Shown here: piece by piece, positions 61,894 through 64,000 of the stretch
Layout: every line of letters starts with the position of its first letter
Numbering within the stretch: the first letter of the stretch is position 1
From: an uncultured Verrucomicrobiae bacterium
GTDB lineage: Bacteria; Chlamydiota; Chlamydiia; Chlamydiales; Rhabdochlamydiaceae
Direction: 5' to 3'
Length of the DNA: 64,000 nucleotides
Assembly (NCBI GenBank): GCA_963813135.1
Contig: CAWEXY010000011.1
Span: 1 to 64,000 of the forward strand
The notes under the pieces: model-generated
Seen by the model: the letters and a program-made list of their open reading frames with translations, nothing else
What the model was told of the DNA's origin: nothing
Databases searched by the model: none
Translations under genes and position numbers: made by a program

Positions 61894-63393
61894 ATGAAAC
61901 CTGTACGTGTTCGCATTGCTCCGTCTCCGACCGGCGATCCCCATGTGGGAACGCTCTATATGGCCGTCTTTAACCTCATCTTCGCGCGCCATTTCAAGGG
62001 TAAGTTTTTTGTTCGGATCGAAGATACCGATCGTTCGCGGTCCCGCCCTGAATACGAAGAAAATATTTACAAAGCCCTGCGCTGGGCTGGCATCCAGTGG
62101 GATGAAGGCCCCGATGTCGGAGGCCCCTACGGTCCTTACAGGCAATCCGAGCGCACGGAAATTTATCAAAAGCATGTGCAGGTGCTTCTCGATACTGGGA
62201 AAGCTTACAAATGCTTTGCGACGCCGGAAGAACTCGCTGAAATGCGCGAGATCAGCGCGAAAACAGGGCAGCGCGTCGGATACGACCGCCGCTACCGCAA
62301 CTTAAGTCCTGCTGAAGTCGCCGAGCGCGAAGCCGCCGGCCAACCTTATGTCATCCGCCTCAAAGTCCCTCTGACGGGAGAGTGCGTTTACGAAGATGGG
62401 ATTAAAGGACGCATCACCGCGCCCTGGGCCGACATCGATGATCAAATTCTCCTGAAATCAGACGGGTTCCCTACCTACCATTTGGCAGCCGTGGTCGATG
62501 ACCATCTCATGGAGACTTCCCATGTGATCCGCGGCGATGAATGGATGAGTTCTACGCCTAAGCACATACTGCTCTATCAAAGTTTTGGATGGGAGCCGCC
62601 TGTGTTCATGCACATGCCGCTGCTCCTGGGCAAGGAAGGCAGAAAACTCTCGAAGCGCAAAAATCCTACTTCCATTTTTTACTACCGCGATTGTGGGTTC
62701 TTGCCTGAAGCCCTCGTCAACTTCCTGACCTTGATGGGCTATAGCATGCCCGGCGATCGCGAAATCTATTCCTTAAGCGATATCACAGCCGAGTTCGATC
62801 CCAAGCGCATCGGCGTCTCAGGAGCCTTTTTCGACATCCAAAAGCTGGAATGGCTCAATCAGCAATATCTCATCAAAATGATCCCCGAAGACCAGTTATG
62901 GAACCGTATCCGCAACTGGGGCTTTGCCGATGATTTTATGAAGAAGCTCATGCCCCTCTGCCACACGCGGATCAAGACATTTGGCGAGTTCATGGAACTG
63001 TGCAACTTCTTTTTTATCAATCATATCCCCTACACCGATGCACTCTTTACATCCAGCGATACGCCCAAAGAAAAATCGGCCCACATCCTCCAATGCATTC
63101 TTTGGAGCCTCGATGAACAGGAAAATTGGGGAAGAACGGGCATTGAGCAAGCATCTAAAGACGTCGCAGCAGCCTTTGGCATGCCCCATAAAAAAGTGAT
63201 ACCTATTCTTTACGGAGCAATCATGGGGAAACACCATGGCCCTCCTCTTTATGATTCCTTTGAACTGCTAGGAAAAGATCGATGCCGCGCAAGACTCCTT
63301 CAAGCCATCGACTTCTGCGGCGGGATTTCCAATAAAAAGATGGACGCGCTCGCCAAGGGGTGGGCTGGAAAGACCTTACTTGCCGTCAGCTGA
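61894..63393 (+). CDS. gltX: Glutamate--tRNA ligase
   Basis: [31 protein letters not shown]. Confidence 0.98.
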   Translation: MKPVRVRIAPSPTGDPHVGTLYMAVFNLIFARHFKGKFFVRIEDTDRSRSRPEYEENIYKALRWAGIQWDEGPDVGGPYGPYRQSERTEIYQKHVQVLLDTGKAYKCFATPEELAEMREISAKTGQRVGYDRRYRNLSPAEVAEREAAGQPYVIRLKVPLTGECVYEDGIKGRITAPWADIDDQILLKSDGFPTYHLAAVVDDHLMETSHVIRGDEWMSSTPKHILLYQSFGWEPPVFMHMPLLLGKEGRKLSKRKNPTSIFYYRDCGFLPEALVNFLTLMGYSMPGDREIYSLSDITAEFDPKRIGVSGAFFDIQKLEWLNQQYLIKMIPEDQLWNRIRNWGFADDFMKKLMPLCHTRIKTFGEFMELCNFFFINHIPYTDALFTSSDTPKEKSAHILQCILWSLDEQENWGRTGIEQASKDVAAAFGMPHKKVIPILYGAIMGKHHGPPLYDSFELLGKDRCRARLLQAIDFCGGISNKKMDALAKGWAGKTLLAVS

Positions 63394-63495
63394 AGGTTCT
63401 TTTTCCTCTTCCACTTTGGAAATGATATAAGAAGATTGATAGCCAGTATCAGCACAGCTAGCGAGAAACGATAACAATATGAATAAAATGAACAT
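63376..63495 (-). CDS. Candidate 39-aa lipoprotein
   Basis: [39 protein letters not shown]; lipobox LASC; AAGGA upstream. Confidence 0.5.
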   Translation of the reverse strand: MFILFILLSFLASCADTGYQSSYIISKVEEEKEPSADGK

Positions 63496-63524
63496 AGGGT
63501 CCTTGTAGCATTTTGTGAGAAAAT

Positions 63525-64000
63525 ATGTCTAGATTAGAGCCCTTTTCAGCGCGCATTCGAGAGCGATATGCTCTCACGAAGCCAGGTTCCACCAAGGCAA
63601 CCTACCATCTTGTCTTGGACCTGAAGGGCAGCCATTTTTCCTTTAAAGTAGGGGATTCTTTGGGCATCTATGCCCAGAACGATCCGCTCGTCGTCGAACG
63701 GTGGCTGAACAAACTCCACGCTTTCGGTCAAACGATGATCACCGACCCCCGCAGTCAGAAGATGATGCATCTTTCTTCTTTTTTAATGCATAAAGCTAAT
63801 TTGGGACGTCTCACTCCTGCCTTGGCCCAAGCCCTATCCTACACAGGCCCGCTCGACATAGACCCCCTCGATATCCTCGCGCCCCTAGCCCCCCAAGAGC
63901 TCGTCTCGAATGCTGGCCCCCCTCCTTCCTCGTTTCTATTCTATCGCTTCTTCCCCCAGCGTCCATCCCGATGAGGCCCATCTGACAGTCTCTCTTTCTT
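63525..64000 (+). CDS. Sulfite reductase flavoprotein-like (CysJ-like FAD/NADPH oxidoreductase), 3' truncated, frameshift ~63909
   Basis: TYHLVLDL...FKVGDSLGIYAQND; after the shift LPRFYSIASSP (FAD-binding motif). Confidence 0.8.

Noticed and set aside
61443..61973. Short ORFs over the tsp-gltX intergenic region
   Set aside because: Several overlap on both strands, none has a recognisable product, and the palindromic structure explains the lack of stops.

Overview
Core chromosomal region of an environmental chlamydia (phylum Chlamydiota). The assignment rests on EUO, GrgA, Mip, UhpC and a large fused SecDF, and on gene order close to Chlamydia trachomatis CT441-CT453 and CT504-CT553 (recalled from knowledge, not searched). 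Core content: partial sulP, grgA, gap, the rplC-to-rplQ ribosomal protein/secY/rpoA superoperon, fmt-lpxA-fabZ-lpxC-lnt, rsmB, surA-like, rsmA, dacC, lptE, bamD, dnaE, uhpC, hisS, aspS, mip, trmL, a symporter/binding-protein fusion, trxA, tRNA-Leu(CAG), cmk/plsC, cdsA, uppS, secDF, recJ, euo, tsp, gltX and a partial cysJ-like gene. AT-rich orphan or effector-like genes are interspersed (Inc-like proteins, a membrane J-domain protein, a WD40 protein, tandem beta-barrel OMPs). Several essential genes (fmt, dnaE, rsmA, secDF) carry single-base frameshifts, most likely sequencing/assembly indels. The most notable unexplained signals are non-coding: (1) a ~290-nt multi-helix element closed by terminal inverted repeats between tsp and gltX, where C. 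trachomatis has omcAB; (2) a two-hairpin leader with strand-specific G-U pairs ahead of rplC-rplD; (3) three copies of a REP-like palindromic repeat directly after stop codons. Two small ORFs below the ORF-track cutoff were also found. No CRISPR array, rRNA or transposase was seen.
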